Below are positions 10,723 to 19,615 of a stretch of 34,199 bases of DNA, piece by piece. The notes beneath the pieces are model-generated. The model did not search any database. It had not been told where the DNA came from and worked only from the letters and a program-made list of their open reading frames with translations. The DNA is from Chthonomonadales bacterium (GTDB taxonomy: Bacteria; Armatimonadota; Chthonomonadetes; Chthonomonadales; CAJBBX01): the NCBI GenBank assembly GCA_049967475.1, contig JBMFSQ010000034.1, positions 1 to 34,199 of the forward strand, in the 5' to 3' direction. The number at the start of each line of letters is the position of its first letter. Position 1 is the first letter of the stretch. Both the position numbers and the translations under genes were made by a program.

Positions 10723-11634
10723 TCACGCGGCAGAATTCGCTATGCCGCCGGCGTTTTCTGTAACTTCCATCGTTTGCAAGGATGGGTGAGGGTACCGCTT
10801 TACTGCTCCAAATTCCTCGGCGGTTTGCGGCGCCCGTTGTGCATTGTGGGGGAGCGCATGATCGAGAGCATAGACTGCGAGTTGCGTGCGATCGGTGAGG
10901 CCAAGCTTGTCCAGGATGCTGCTTACGTGGTTCTTGACCGTTGAATACGACACTTGGAGTTCCGCTGCGATCTCTTTGTTCGACCGGCCCTGTGCCACCA
11001 GCGCGATCACCTGGCGCTCTCGCAGGGTAAGCGCGCCGTACCCGCCTTCCGAAGGTCCCCCGCTGCGGATCGCGTGGAGGAATTGCCGCGCGAGGCGGAA
11101 CGCCGTAGGCGGCTCGATGGCGACCTGCCCGGCATGCACGCGATGAATGGCTTGGGCAATGTTCTGGTAGGGGCACCGCAGGCGAATGCATCCGTGGGCT
11201 CCCATCTTGAGGGCCGTCTGGAGGCAGTCGTCCGGCTCGGCGAAGACCTCCGACACCATCCGCACGGCCCTGCAGCTTGCTGAACTAAGCTGAGGATGAA
11301 GCACCTGGCATCGGTCTTCCATACAGTCTACTGTGGCGATTATACGCGTTTGAGGGAACGAGGCCAGGATGGTGCGAATGGTTTCGAAGCCGCTTCGGTC
11401 GGCAAGCCGAATGCCGAGGAGCAACACATCGGGCGGATCGTCGGCGATGGCCCCCATGGCCTCATGGGCATCGCACCATACGCCCGCCAGAGAGAAGGCC
11501 GGATCCTTCGAGAGGAGCGCTTTCAGGCAATCGCGCAGAAGCTCGTCGCATTCTACAACGCCCAAACGAATGGGAGCTGCCCGAGATTGAGTAACCCGAA
11601 CCTTAGAAGGAAGGCTTATAGCAAACCCGCTCAT
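10723..11634 (-). CDS. Atypical NarL/LuxR-family regulator with a Cys-rich pseudo-receiver
   Basis: Intact LuxR HTH (LTLRERQVIALVAQGRSNKEIA...TVKNHVSSILDKL). Receiver has DVLLLG (Asp to Gly), VVECD, GCIRLR (no Lys) and an insertion of about 30 aa. Confidence 0.85.
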   Translation of the reverse strand: MSGFAISLPSKVRVTQSRAAPIRLGVVECDELLRDCLKALLSKDPAFSLAGVWCDAHEAMGAIADDPPDVLLLGIRLADRSGFETIRTILASFPQTRIIATVDCMEDRCQVLHPQLSSASCRAVRMVSEVFAEPDDCLQTALKMGAHGCIRLRCPYQNIAQAIHRVHAGQVAIEPPTAFRLARQFLHAIRSGGPSEGGYGALTLRERQVIALVAQGRSNKEIAAELQVSYSTVKNHVSSILDKLGLTDRTQLAVYALDHALPHNAQRAPQTAEEFGAVKRYPHPSLQTMEVTENAGGIANSAA

Positions 11635-11758
11635 GATATCCTCCCGTCTCGAGCCGTCCCTTGCCGTCGCAGACGTTGCAGATGAGGCCGACGTCTATCC
11701 GTGCTTCGACACTACTATGGCACGCGGAGCGTTGCGAAGGCATCGGATATCAGAGGGA

Positions 11759-11830
11759 ATTATAAATGCGCCTCCCGGCAGAAGGCCGCACCGATCCTAG
11801 GTTAGACGCGCATCTCTAACCAATGGCCAG
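11759..11830 (-). promoter_or_regulatory. Candidate activator-dependent promoter: TATAAT -10 with upstream inverted repeats
   Basis: ATTATA at 11759-11764 (TATAAT on minus), no good -35; GGTTAGA-N8-TCTAACC at 11800-11821. Confidence 0.45.
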
Positions 11831-11840
11831 TGTCGGCGCG

Positions 11841-12473
11841 TCAACCCAAGCGGATGAGGCCGCGCTTGATAGCCAGGGTGGCTGCCTGGGTGCGGTCTTC
11901 GGCGCCCATCTTGGCAAGGATGGCGTTGACGTGAGATTTCACCGTTCCCACGGTTACATTGAGTTCTTGGGCAATCTGGCGGTTCGTCTTGCCCAGAACG
12001 AGCAGATTGAGGACTTCCAGTTCGCGTGGGGTGAGATCCGGCTCCATCATGCGCTCGGCCAGCTTGGCGGCGACGTGAGCAGGAATGAGCGCCTTGCCGG
12101 CGTGAACGGCGCGGATTGCCTCCAGGAGTGCTTCGCGTCCGGCATCCTTTAGAAGATAGGCGCGGGCGCCGCTGCGCAAACCCCTGTAGATATCCTCGTC
12201 GCCGTCATAAGTGGTAAGAACAATGATGCGGGCGTTGGCATCCTCCTCGCGGATCCGTTGGATGGCTTCCACGCCGTCCATCTCGGGCATGCGCAAATCC
12301 ATAAGGGTGACGTCTGGGCGTGTCTGCCGGTACATATGCACGGCCTCGCGCCCGGTGGCCGCCTCACCCACAACCGTCATATCGTCTCGGCGTTCGATGA
12401 TGGCTGCCAGCCCTTCGCGCACGACGGGGTGGTCATCTACGATGAGTACTCGGATCGGGTTTGGGTTGCTCAT
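11841..12473 (-). CDS. NarL/FixJ-family response regulator (canonical)
   Basis: IVDDH, TLMDLRMP, LTTY, YLLKD and LuxR HTH. Confidence 0.95.
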   Translation of the reverse strand: MSNPNPIRVLIVDDHPVVREGLAAIIERRDDMTVVGEAATGREAVHMYRQTRPDVTLMDLRMPEMDGVEAIQRIREEDANARIIVLTTYDGDEDIYRGLRSGARAYLLKDAGREALLEAIRAVHAGKALIPAHVAAKLAERMMEPDLTPRELEVLNLLVLGKTNRQIAQELNVTVGTVKSHVNAILAKMGAEDRTQAATLAIKRGLIRLG

Positions 12474-12477
12474 TGTG

Positions 12478-14145
12478 TTACGCGCTATCCGATGTGGGTA
12501 CTACGAGTGTGACGGCAGTTCCTTGGCCGGGCTTACTCCTGATTGTGAGCTTTGCACCCAGGCAGTGTGCCCGTTCGCGCATTCCCGCAAGTCCGAAGCC
12601 GCTTGGCACCTTGGGCACTACGAAACCTTTGCCGTCGTCGCGGACGCTCAGGCGCACGGAGCCGGCCCGATAAGTGAGTGCGATGCGGATGTGGGACGCG
12701 GCCGCGTGTTTGATGGCATTCGTCAAGGCCTCCAGACCAATCCGCAATATGTGCGCTTCTGTGTCACCAGGCAAGGGTCTGGGAACTCCCTGGACGCGGA
12801 AGCGTGCCGCTACCTGCGAGCCTGCGGTCATCTGCCCGATGAGGCGTGAAAACGCGCCCGGCAGATCATACCCTTCCAGTACATGGAGGCGTAGAGACCA
12901 TACCGAGCGGCGAGCTTCCGCCAGGCTCGCTCGGGCGAGCTCGCGGGCTTGCGCCAGATGGGCGAGGCACCCGGCGGGGAGTTCACCCGCTTTGTCTTCA
13001 AGAGCTTCGAGCTGCATCAGAATACCGGTAAAGCCTTGGGCAAGGGTGTCGTGGATCTCGCGCGCCATGCGGTTGCGTTCCTCAAGGATCGCGGCGCGCC
13101 GGCTTTGTTCGGCGAGTGCAGCCAAGTGAACTGCTAGTGCCGCCTGCTGGGCCAAGGTCTGCATCCACAGGAGCTCTTCAGGAGGGTAATCCGCCGTGTC
13201 CGCACCTATGGCGATGCATCCGATCGGTTCGTCTGATGTAGTCAAGGGCACCATGATCATCGCCTTGGAAGCACACCCGAGGACCCATTGCCGGCCATGG
13301 GACTGTGGCTCTGCATCCATACCCGGAATGATCACGATGCTCCTGGATTTGACCATCTTTTTCCATAGGGGCATCTCTGCCGCCCGGAACGACGTGCCCG
13401 CGCCGCGCAACGGCGACTGCAGGCGATCCTGGCGCGTGCGCTCGTATGCCTGGCTTACGGAGAGTGCGTCATGCTGGGGATTGTGCAACCACAGGGCGAC
13501 GCATGCCGCGGACAGTTCTTCGCCGATGATCTGCAGGATCTGCTTAAGGAAATCGCGCAGCTCCGGACCGCCCGTCAACGTGGCGGCTGTGCGCCGGAGC
13601 GCGGTCCATTGGTTGTGTGCCAGATGCTCCGTGTGGATACGCTGAATGCCGCATGCGAGGATCCCTGCTGCAAGCTGTGCCACTGCCAGGTCACGGCCTT
13701 GAAAGACTTTGTCGGCGGGCGCGATGCCCACCAGGGCGCCGAATAGGCCGGCACGTGTGGCTACTGGAACAACCGCCGCTGCGGGGCGCAGTAGAGCGTC
13801 GCTGGAAGCCTTGGGAAAGGTGAGGATCGGCGCACGCGAAGCACGGGAACGTTTCGCCAGAGCCAGCGCTTTACGCTGAAGTTCGGTGGGGGCTTCTCCT
13901 GAAACGAAAGCCTCGGAACGCAGAATGGGAGCCGTTCCCGAGCTGAGCTCCACAACTGCAACGTATTCTGCGCCGAGCGTGGAGAGAAGGCTCTCGACGC
14001 CTGTTTCGAAGAGCCTACCTGCGTCAGACTCCTGGAGCGCAGCCTGGACCAACGCGCTCAAACCCCCTGCGCCGCCGTTGAGGAGCGCCTCAGCGGCATC
14101 GGAGTTTTGCGCCTGTCGCGTCGGGCCGGACTTCCTAGTAGGCAA
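12478..14145 (-). CDS. Soluble GAF-GAF-HisKA_3 sensor histidine kinase
   Basis: EERNRMAREIHDTLAQ H-box; EALTNAIKHA, DDGKGF, GFGLAGM. Two GAF-like segments (AVVPV...FGALV; IMVPL...IGCI). No TM seen. TTG start uncertain. Confidence 0.9.
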   Translation of the reverse strand: MPTRKSGPTRQAQNSDAAEALLNGGAGGLSALVQAALQESDAGRLFETGVESLLSTLGAEYVAVVELSSGTAPILRSEAFVSGEAPTELQRKALALAKRSRASRAPILTFPKASSDALLRPAAAVVPVATRAGLFGALVGIAPADKVFQGRDLAVAQLAAGILACGIQRIHTEHLAHNQWTALRRTAATLTGGPELRDFLKQILQIIGEELSAACVALWLHNPQHDALSVSQAYERTRQDRLQSPLRGAGTSFRAAEMPLWKKMVKSRSIVIIPGMDAEPQSHGRQWVLGCASKAMIMVPLTTSDEPIGCIAIGADTADYPPEELLWMQTLAQQAALAVHLAALAEQSRRAAILEERNRMAREIHDTLAQGFTGILMQLEALEDKAGELPAGCLAHLAQARELARASLAEARRSVWSLRLHVLEGYDLPGAFSRLIGQMTAGSQVAARFRVQGVPRPLPGDTEAHILRIGLEALTNAIKHAAASHIRIALTYRAGSVRLSVRDDGKGFVVPKVPSGFGLAGMRERAHCLGAKLTIRSKPGQGTAVTLVVPTSDSA

Positions 14146-14252
14146 TGGTTCGCTCTACACGGCGGCGTGGGTGCGTCGCACTCCCTTAGTTGACCTGTGT
14201 CTGTGTACAATGTACCCGAAGGACCCGGCCCATTTCTCCAGCGCCGGCCACG

Positions 14253-15242
14253 TTACGCCCTCCGGCGCAGTTCCGCAGTGAGGAGCGTCTTCCAGAAGTC
14301 AATCATGGGTTCGGGTCGCGTACCTGCCTGGACCTGCAAGTTGGCCATCATGTAGGCGAGATAGAGCGAATAGGCGGTCCTGAAGTGTTCGAAGCTTTGA
14401 TCGTTTTGGGCGTACCGGGCAAGCGCCTGGCGGAACACCGCTCCTTCCGGGTCGCTCCCTTGCCAAAGCGCATCCTGCAGACCGATGCGGTTCTCGGGGG
14501 GAGCAGGCAGGAGGTGGCCGACAACTGCCATCTGGAAGGCGTCAAAGAGTTGGCATCCGGGTTCGGAGGCATCCCAGTCAATCACGCCGATTTCAAGAGG
14601 TTGAGCCTTTTTGAGGATGACGTTGTAGGGGTTGAAATCGCCGTGGACGCGGCCCCATGGAAGCACCTCTGGGCAGAGGCTGCCGGCCAGATCTTCCAGG
14701 CGTTCCGAAAGATCTAAGCCGAGGGCCGCTTCCATCATGTGGGAACCGATATGCGTGCGCAGATGCTCGAGGAACCGCGCTGCCAGCGAAGGAGGCTCGC
14801 CATCCGGGAAGGTCGCGTGAAAGGTGGCAAGCCACTGGTAGGCGGCTTTCAGCAATCGTGCGGCTTCCTGATGGTCACCCCGGTCGCGAGCGATGCCCAA
14901 CGGGATTGCAAGCATGGGGCCGTCCAGAAACGTCTCCAGTGTAGCGAATAGGCCGCCCTCGCCTCCGGGTGTGCCGCAGTAAACGACCTCCGGGACCGAC
15001 CGGCGCAGGATTGGGTTCGCAGCGACGATGCGGAGTGCCTTGCAGGCCGAGGCCAGCTTGGGGGCCCGTGCCCGGTCTCGTTCCACCTTGAGGACATACC
15101 GTGGAATTGGGTCATCATCTACGAATACGAGGGAGAGCACAGACGTGAGCGATCTGAGCTTCACAAAGTTGAGGCGCGTGTTTGGGGTGATATCCGGAAC
15201 CACGCCCGAGGAGCGCAGGAAGCGCGCCACGATGCGGCTCAT
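14253..15242 (-). CDS. APH/choline-kinase-like phosphotransferase
   Basis: YVLK, HGDFNPYNV and IDWD motifs. ATG at 15242 overlaps the methyltransferase stop (ATGA). Confidence 0.85.
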   Translation of the reverse strand: MSRIVARFLRSSGVVPDITPNTRLNFVKLRSLTSVLSLVFVDDDPIPRYVLKVERDRARAPKLASACKALRIVAANPILRRSVPEVVYCGTPGGEGGLFATLETFLDGPMLAIPLGIARDRGDHQEAARLLKAAYQWLATFHATFPDGEPPSLAARFLEHLRTHIGSHMMEAALGLDLSERLEDLAGSLCPEVLPWGRVHGDFNPYNVILKKAQPLEIGVIDWDASEPGCQLFDAFQMAVVGHLLPAPPENRIGLQDALWQGSDPEGAVFRQALARYAQNDQSFEHFRTAYSLYLAYMMANLQVQAGTRPEPMIDFWKTLLTAELRRRA

Positions 15243-16309
15243 TTTGCCGCCTCGGCTATGAGCAAAAAGGAATCCGAGAATGCCCTCAGAAGCTTGCACC
15301 CCATAGCCGTTCTACCGGGGTGGAAAAGAGCGCTCAATATGCGGCGCCGCACGCGATCCACCACATGGGCGGATCTTCTTTGGATGAGAAAGGCAATCGC
15401 CCGGTCGTCGTCTGCGGGCAGAATGTATTCCGGATCGCGATAGCTGGGCAGGGCGATATAGGGTTCGGGGTCTGCAAATCCTGCTTCGTTGAGCAATCGG
15501 CGGTAACCGCGGAGCGAGTACGTATAGGTGCGATAGGGTCGGCTTCGAAGTAGGTATGTGAAGGCGTTGGCCACCGGGCGAGGCATGAGGCTTGTATAGG
15601 GAACCCGGCTGTGATCCCGGGCGCCCAGGAAGTACCCAAAGCCATAGCGGTTCTCGATGCCTACGAAGAGCGTTCCCCGCGGCTTCAGGATCCTCCGAAC
15701 TTCTTGCAGGCAGCGCATCTGAGCCTGAGATGGCGGAACCTCTGCGCTGGCTTCACCTACCCACTCCAGCACGCCGTTCATGATGGCGATATCGAAGGTG
15801 TCGTCCGGGAAGGGCAGGCGGCCGTCGTCCAAAGGATCTATGCGAATGGGCTGGAGGTTGCCGATCCCGGATTGCTGCGCGCGTATCCTGACGAAGCGCA
15901 GAGTATGGGGATTGGTGTCCACAGCGGCCACCGTGCCGGTGATAGGCGCCAGGGTACACGACACGGCGCCCCACCCAGCCCCGAGGTCCAGCACGCTGCT
16001 TGTACGGGTGATGGGAAGGAGGCACCGAAAGTCTGCGCGGCTCTCACCCAGCACATACCCGGCCATGTAAGGAGAGGTAAAGGCGGTGAGGAGCTTCTCG
16101 ACAGCATACCGGTAACCATGGGTTTTGGCTGCTTCCAGAATGGCGAGCATTTGTTCTGGGGACACTTGGTTCCAGTAATGGCTCCAAGTGGAAAAATCCG
16201 GCACTCCGTCATATATTGGGTAGGAACGGTTGCATTCGGGGCAGATGAATGCCTGGTCTCGCTGGGATACCGTCCGATGGCAGAAAGGGCAGGCGAGGGG
16301 CGGATACAT
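15239..16309 (-). CDS. Class I SAM methyltransferase with N-terminal Trm112-like Zn ribbon
   Basis: CPFC...CPEC...YPIYDGVPDF; VLDLGAGWG; LPFPDDTFD; NGVLEW; LKPRG; GIENRYG. GGAGG SD. Confidence 0.9.
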   Translation of the reverse strand: MYPPLACPFCHRTVSQRDQAFICPECNRSYPIYDGVPDFSTWSHYWNQVSPEQMLAILEAAKTHGYRYAVEKLLTAFTSPYMAGYVLGESRADFRCLLPITRTSSVLDLGAGWGAVSCTLAPITGTVAAVDTNPHTLRFVRIRAQQSGIGNLQPIRIDPLDDGRLPFPDDTFDIAIMNGVLEWVGEASAEVPPSQAQMRCLQEVRRILKPRGTLFVGIENRYGFGYFLGARDHSRVPYTSLMPRPVANAFTYLLRSRPYRTYTYSLRGYRRLLNEAGFADPEPYIALPSYRDPEYILPADDDRAIAFLIQRRSAHVVDRVRRRILSALFHPGRTAMGCKLLRAFSDSFLLIAEAAK

Positions 16310-16395
16310 AATTCCTCCAAAAACGGCGCTATGCGGATTGAGCCACGATAATAGACCGGCGGCATGGCGTTCAGTTACACTGCCCGTCCGGCATG

Positions 16396-16424
16396 TTGAC
16401 TTCGCGTCCTGGGTATGTTAGACT
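16396..16424 (+). promoter_or_regulatory. sigma70 promoter with extended -10
   Basis: TTGACT-N17-TAGACT, with TG at -15/-14. Confidence 0.7.
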
Positions 16425-16508
16425 CCGTCGTACGCAAACAAGTTCGGATCCGGCGGGCCGATGCATCGGCTTCGTCGGGAAATCACCCGGGAAGCGATGC
16501 ATTCGCCT

Positions 16509-16859
16509 ATGTTCGCCATCAACTTCTATAGTGAGCTCTACGAGGAGGCCCTGCGCACCGGACGCAAGTCGGCCACGGTGCGCTTGGGCGACAAGCGCTC
16601 CAAGTATCAGAGCGGTCAGTTAGTATGGATCACCGTCGGCCAGCGTTTCGGTAAGCGCCAGAAGATCTTCACCGCGATCCTGGACAGCGTAGAGGTGAAG
16701 CTTCTTTCGGAACTTTCGCCCCGTGATATCAATAAAGAGAACCCCGAATTCCGTACGGCTGAGGATGTGCTTCAGCTCCTTAGGCGCATCTACGGTCCCG
16801 AAGTGTCGCTTGAAGACACGGTGACGGTGATCTACTTTTCCCCCGTGAGCGAGTACTGA
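16509..16859 (+). CDS. ASCH/PUA-like domain protein
   Basis: INF...Y...LRTGRKSATVRLG matches ASCH GxKxxT/ExR. Start could also be 16497. Confidence 0.8.
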   Translation: MFAINFYSELYEEALRTGRKSATVRLGDKRSKYQSGQLVWITVGQRFGKRQKIFTAILDSVEVKLLSELSPRDINKENPEFRTAEDVLQLLRRIYGPEVSLEDTVTVIYFSPVSEY

Positions 16860-19480
16860 TGCGTCGCCGGTTGTTGTGGTACCCGTTGCTGCTCCTTCTG
16901 TTTGCCGTCTGTTCCCTTCCTAAGGCTGCCGGGGCATCCCCAGTGTCTTCCGGTGTGTTCGTGGATCGCTTGGGGCGCCAGCATCCGTGGTCCGTTACCG
17001 CGACGCACGCCCTAATCTGGGACGGTTCGCCGTACGTGCCGGTAGGCGGCATCTTCACTCCCCGTTCCCTGGCTCAAGGTGCGGGCGAAGCGGATTGGAA
17101 CGCGGATCTCAAGGATCTCGCCGTCCTGAAGTCTCAGGGCAACCTCGATTTGCTCATCATGCCTCCGGCTTCCATGGACACGACCACTGCGGCCGCATGG
17201 CAGCGGCTTGTGGATTATCTGGATGGGCAGGGCTTCCGATACGGCATCGGCTTCGGCGCAGGGATTACCACACCGATCACGGGCACCGTGGTCAAGCCGG
17301 CCAGCTACCGTGTCCCAGACCTGCCGGAGGGCGGCCGCGTGTCCTGGCGTGTAGAGCGTGGCGACGCAGCGTTTTTTGTGATTGCAGACAAGGATGGCGC
17401 CATCCTCAAGTACGGGCGACTGAGCATTCATGAAGGCGCGGCGAACTTCAGCGGGGATCCTTCCATACCGGAGCGGGCCATCGGGCTGTTGTACCCTCAT
17501 GAAGCGTTCGTTCCGGGCCCGGCGGGAGGCTGGCCCAACCTCTGGGATGGCTTCGACGGCTACCGGGACCGCATCCTCCAGATCTTGGGCAATGTCAAAT
17601 TCGGAGCAGGTCTGCGCTTCTTTCTGGATCCCCTCGCACACCCCATGGCGTTGGACGCGGACACCGATTACCTCGTTCCCGACACTCCAGGTTTCCGGCT
17701 TGCGTGGCAGGCATACCTTTCGAGGAAGTATGCATCGCTGGATGACCTGGCTACCGCCTGGCATCTGGTGGACCGGGATCTGAAGGACTTTGGCCATGCC
17801 GCGGCGCTCGTGCCCTTGTGGTCCGGCAGGCGGGGTGTTCCAGGGATGCTGGACACGACTACCGGCTCGGTCATGCAGGCGGACACCAATGTAGAACTCT
17901 CGCGGTTCTGGAGCGATTTCCGCGAGTTTCGCGCGGGCGAGGCCGCGTGGGCGCTCAATGGGATCGCAGACGTTCTCAAGCAGCAGATTGCCGATGTGCC
18001 TGTCGTTTTTACGTGGACTTCACAGAACCCCGCAATCGGTTCCGCGGATCGCTCCGGAGGTTTCGACGGGATCGGGGTGGCAGCATACGGCCGGGGCTCA
18101 GCCCTAGTGACCGGAGGTGCAGATGCTGCTTATGTACAATGCGATCAATCGGCCAAGAGCCTTTGGTTTCTGGTTACGGAGACGGCTGCTTCCGAAGACG
18201 CTTTGCATTCCGCACCCTATGGCTCGCAGGATGAATTAGTTACGAGCCTCAATTGGCTGGGGGGCATCGGCGCCAAGGGCTTCTTCGTCAACGGGTACCG
18301 TGTAAATGGCGCAGGTGCTTCGTCCACGGGATTGGTGGCCACACCGGAAGAACTGCAGTGGCTTCGGCAATTTGCAGAGCACATTCAGCGCGGCGTAGAC
18401 ATCACCATGGGCCGCCCGCGCATCCTGCCGTTTCCTGCCGCAGCAGCGGGGATCGTGCGCGCCGGTCCCATCGGGTCTGGAGGGGTGTGGTGGGCTCCCT
18501 CCACCTTGCCGGGCAAGGTGTTGGATTTAGGATCCTCATACGCAGGATATACCGTGTCCCTGGCGGAGGGGGACCGTACTGTGCTCTGGTCCCTTCGCGG
18601 CCCGCGTCTGACGCATCTGCTCGTTCAAGATCCCAAGGGGGTTACGGTTGCCGCTGCTGATGGCGCTCCCATTCCGGTTAAGGTAGATGCGCGCAAACAT
18701 CTGGTGATTGTGAACATCAGCGATGCGCCCGTGGTCATTGCGTCGGGCGGGGAGGACGTATTCCCCGTGGAAGCTGCCGAAGATGCCCTGAAGCAGTTTG
18801 CTGTGCTGGTGAACGAGGCCACGGCTTTGCATGTGCCTGTGGATGAATACCGCTTTCAGCTCGAGAACGCCCTCCGTACATTTCGTTCCGGCCCGCAGCT
18901 TGCCCTGATGAACGCTGCTGCCGGCATCAACAAGCTTGCGGCGATGCTTCAGCCCTTCACGTGGATCGAGGCCGAGAGTGCCGATCCCACCACCTTCAGC
19001 GAGGTGGCGCAGAACCCGGCAACGTCCGGCGGAGCGTTTCTGCTGTTGAATTCCGGCAATCCGCCCGGTCCTGGCGGCTATGCTGCTCAATATCGTTTTT
19101 CGGTACCCGCGGACGACACGTATACCGTGTGGCTCTGCTGCACGCCTCCTGGCGGCGGAGCCTCGCCGTTCGCGTGGGTGATCGATGCAGGCGAGGCCCA
19201 CGCCAGCAGCGAAGCAGTGCCCGTAGGGTCTCGATTTCTGCTGGATCGGCTCGTGTGGCTTCGGTTGGGGCGGGTGAGTTTGGCTAAGGGAACGCACACT
19301 CTCACTCTTCGGGTTACAGGGAGGGCGCCTGGGCTGGGGAAGTATTACCTGGCCATGGATGCGCTGCTCGTGACACGGTTCGCCTTCACCCCATCCGGCA
19401 CGCTCAAGCCGCCTGTTGCCCCTATTCCCGAGGGACCGCTCCCGAATGTGCGGGAGCGCAGGCCGTCGCGGCGTCGGTGA
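16859..19480 (+). CDS. Secreted protein with a GH42/GH-A-like barrel and C-terminal CBM-like beta-sandwich
   Basis: Signal peptide; FRLAWQAYLSRKYASLDDLATAW and WSDFREFR resemble GH42; C-terminal WIEAES...YTVWL...LAKGTHTLTLRV...MDALLVT. Confidence 0.6.
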   Translation: MRRRLLWYPLLLLLFAVCSLPKAAGASPVSSGVFVDRLGRQHPWSVTATHALIWDGSPYVPVGGIFTPRSLAQGAGEADWNADLKDLAVLKSQGNLDLLIMPPASMDTTTAAAWQRLVDYLDGQGFRYGIGFGAGITTPITGTVVKPASYRVPDLPEGGRVSWRVERGDAAFFVIADKDGAILKYGRLSIHEGAANFSGDPSIPERAIGLLYPHEAFVPGPAGGWPNLWDGFDGYRDRILQILGNVKFGAGLRFFLDPLAHPMALDADTDYLVPDTPGFRLAWQAYLSRKYASLDDLATAWHLVDRDLKDFGHAAALVPLWSGRRGVPGMLDTTTGSVMQADTNVELSRFWSDFREFRAGEAAWALNGIADVLKQQIADVPVVFTWTSQNPAIGSADRSGGFDGIGVAAYGRGSALVTGGADAAYVQCDQSAKSLWFLVTETAASEDALHSAPYGSQDELVTSLNWLGGIGAKGFFVNGYRVNGAGASSTGLVATPEELQWLRQFAEHIQRGVDITMGRPRILPFPAAAAGIVRAGPIGSGGVWWAPSTLPGKVLDLGSSYAGYTVSLAEGDRTVLWSLRGPRLTHLLVQDPKGVTVAAADGAPIPVKVDARKHLVIVNISDAPVVIASGGEDVFPVEAAEDALKQFAVLVNEATALHVPVDEYRFQLENALRTFRSGPQLALMNAAAGINKLAAMLQPFTWIEAESADPTTFSEVAQNPATSGGAFLLLNSGNPPGPGGYAAQYRFSVPADDTYTVWLCCTPPGGGASPFAWVIDAGEAHASSEAVPVGSRFLLDRLVWLRLGRVSLAKGTHTLTLRVTGRAPGLGKYYLAMDALLVTRFAFTPSGTLKPPVAPIPEGPLPNVRERRPSRRR

Positions 19481-19506
19481 GGGCATCGGCGCTGGCCGGC
19501 GTCCTG

Positions 19507-19536
19507 TTGACGGTGCCTTCCTGCAGGCGCTAAACT
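19507..19536 (+). promoter_or_regulatory. sigma70 promoter of tyrS
   Basis: TTGACG-N18-TAAACT. Confidence 0.55.
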
Positions 19537-19615
19537 GAGGGCAGGCAGCCCGCAGGCGCGTTGTGCGGGAAGCACCCATGCCGTAAGAAGCTGCACGAGG
19601 AGAAGGCGTTTCAGG

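Noticed and set aside
9126..14250. Integrative element at tRNA-Asn carrying the regulatory cassette
   Set aside because: No integrase and no duplicated tRNA 3' end were found by eye. The same applies to tRNA-Pro.
19481..19615. T-box leader for tyrS
   Set aside because: The leader after the candidate promoter is only ~75 nt, with no T-box consensus or terminator.
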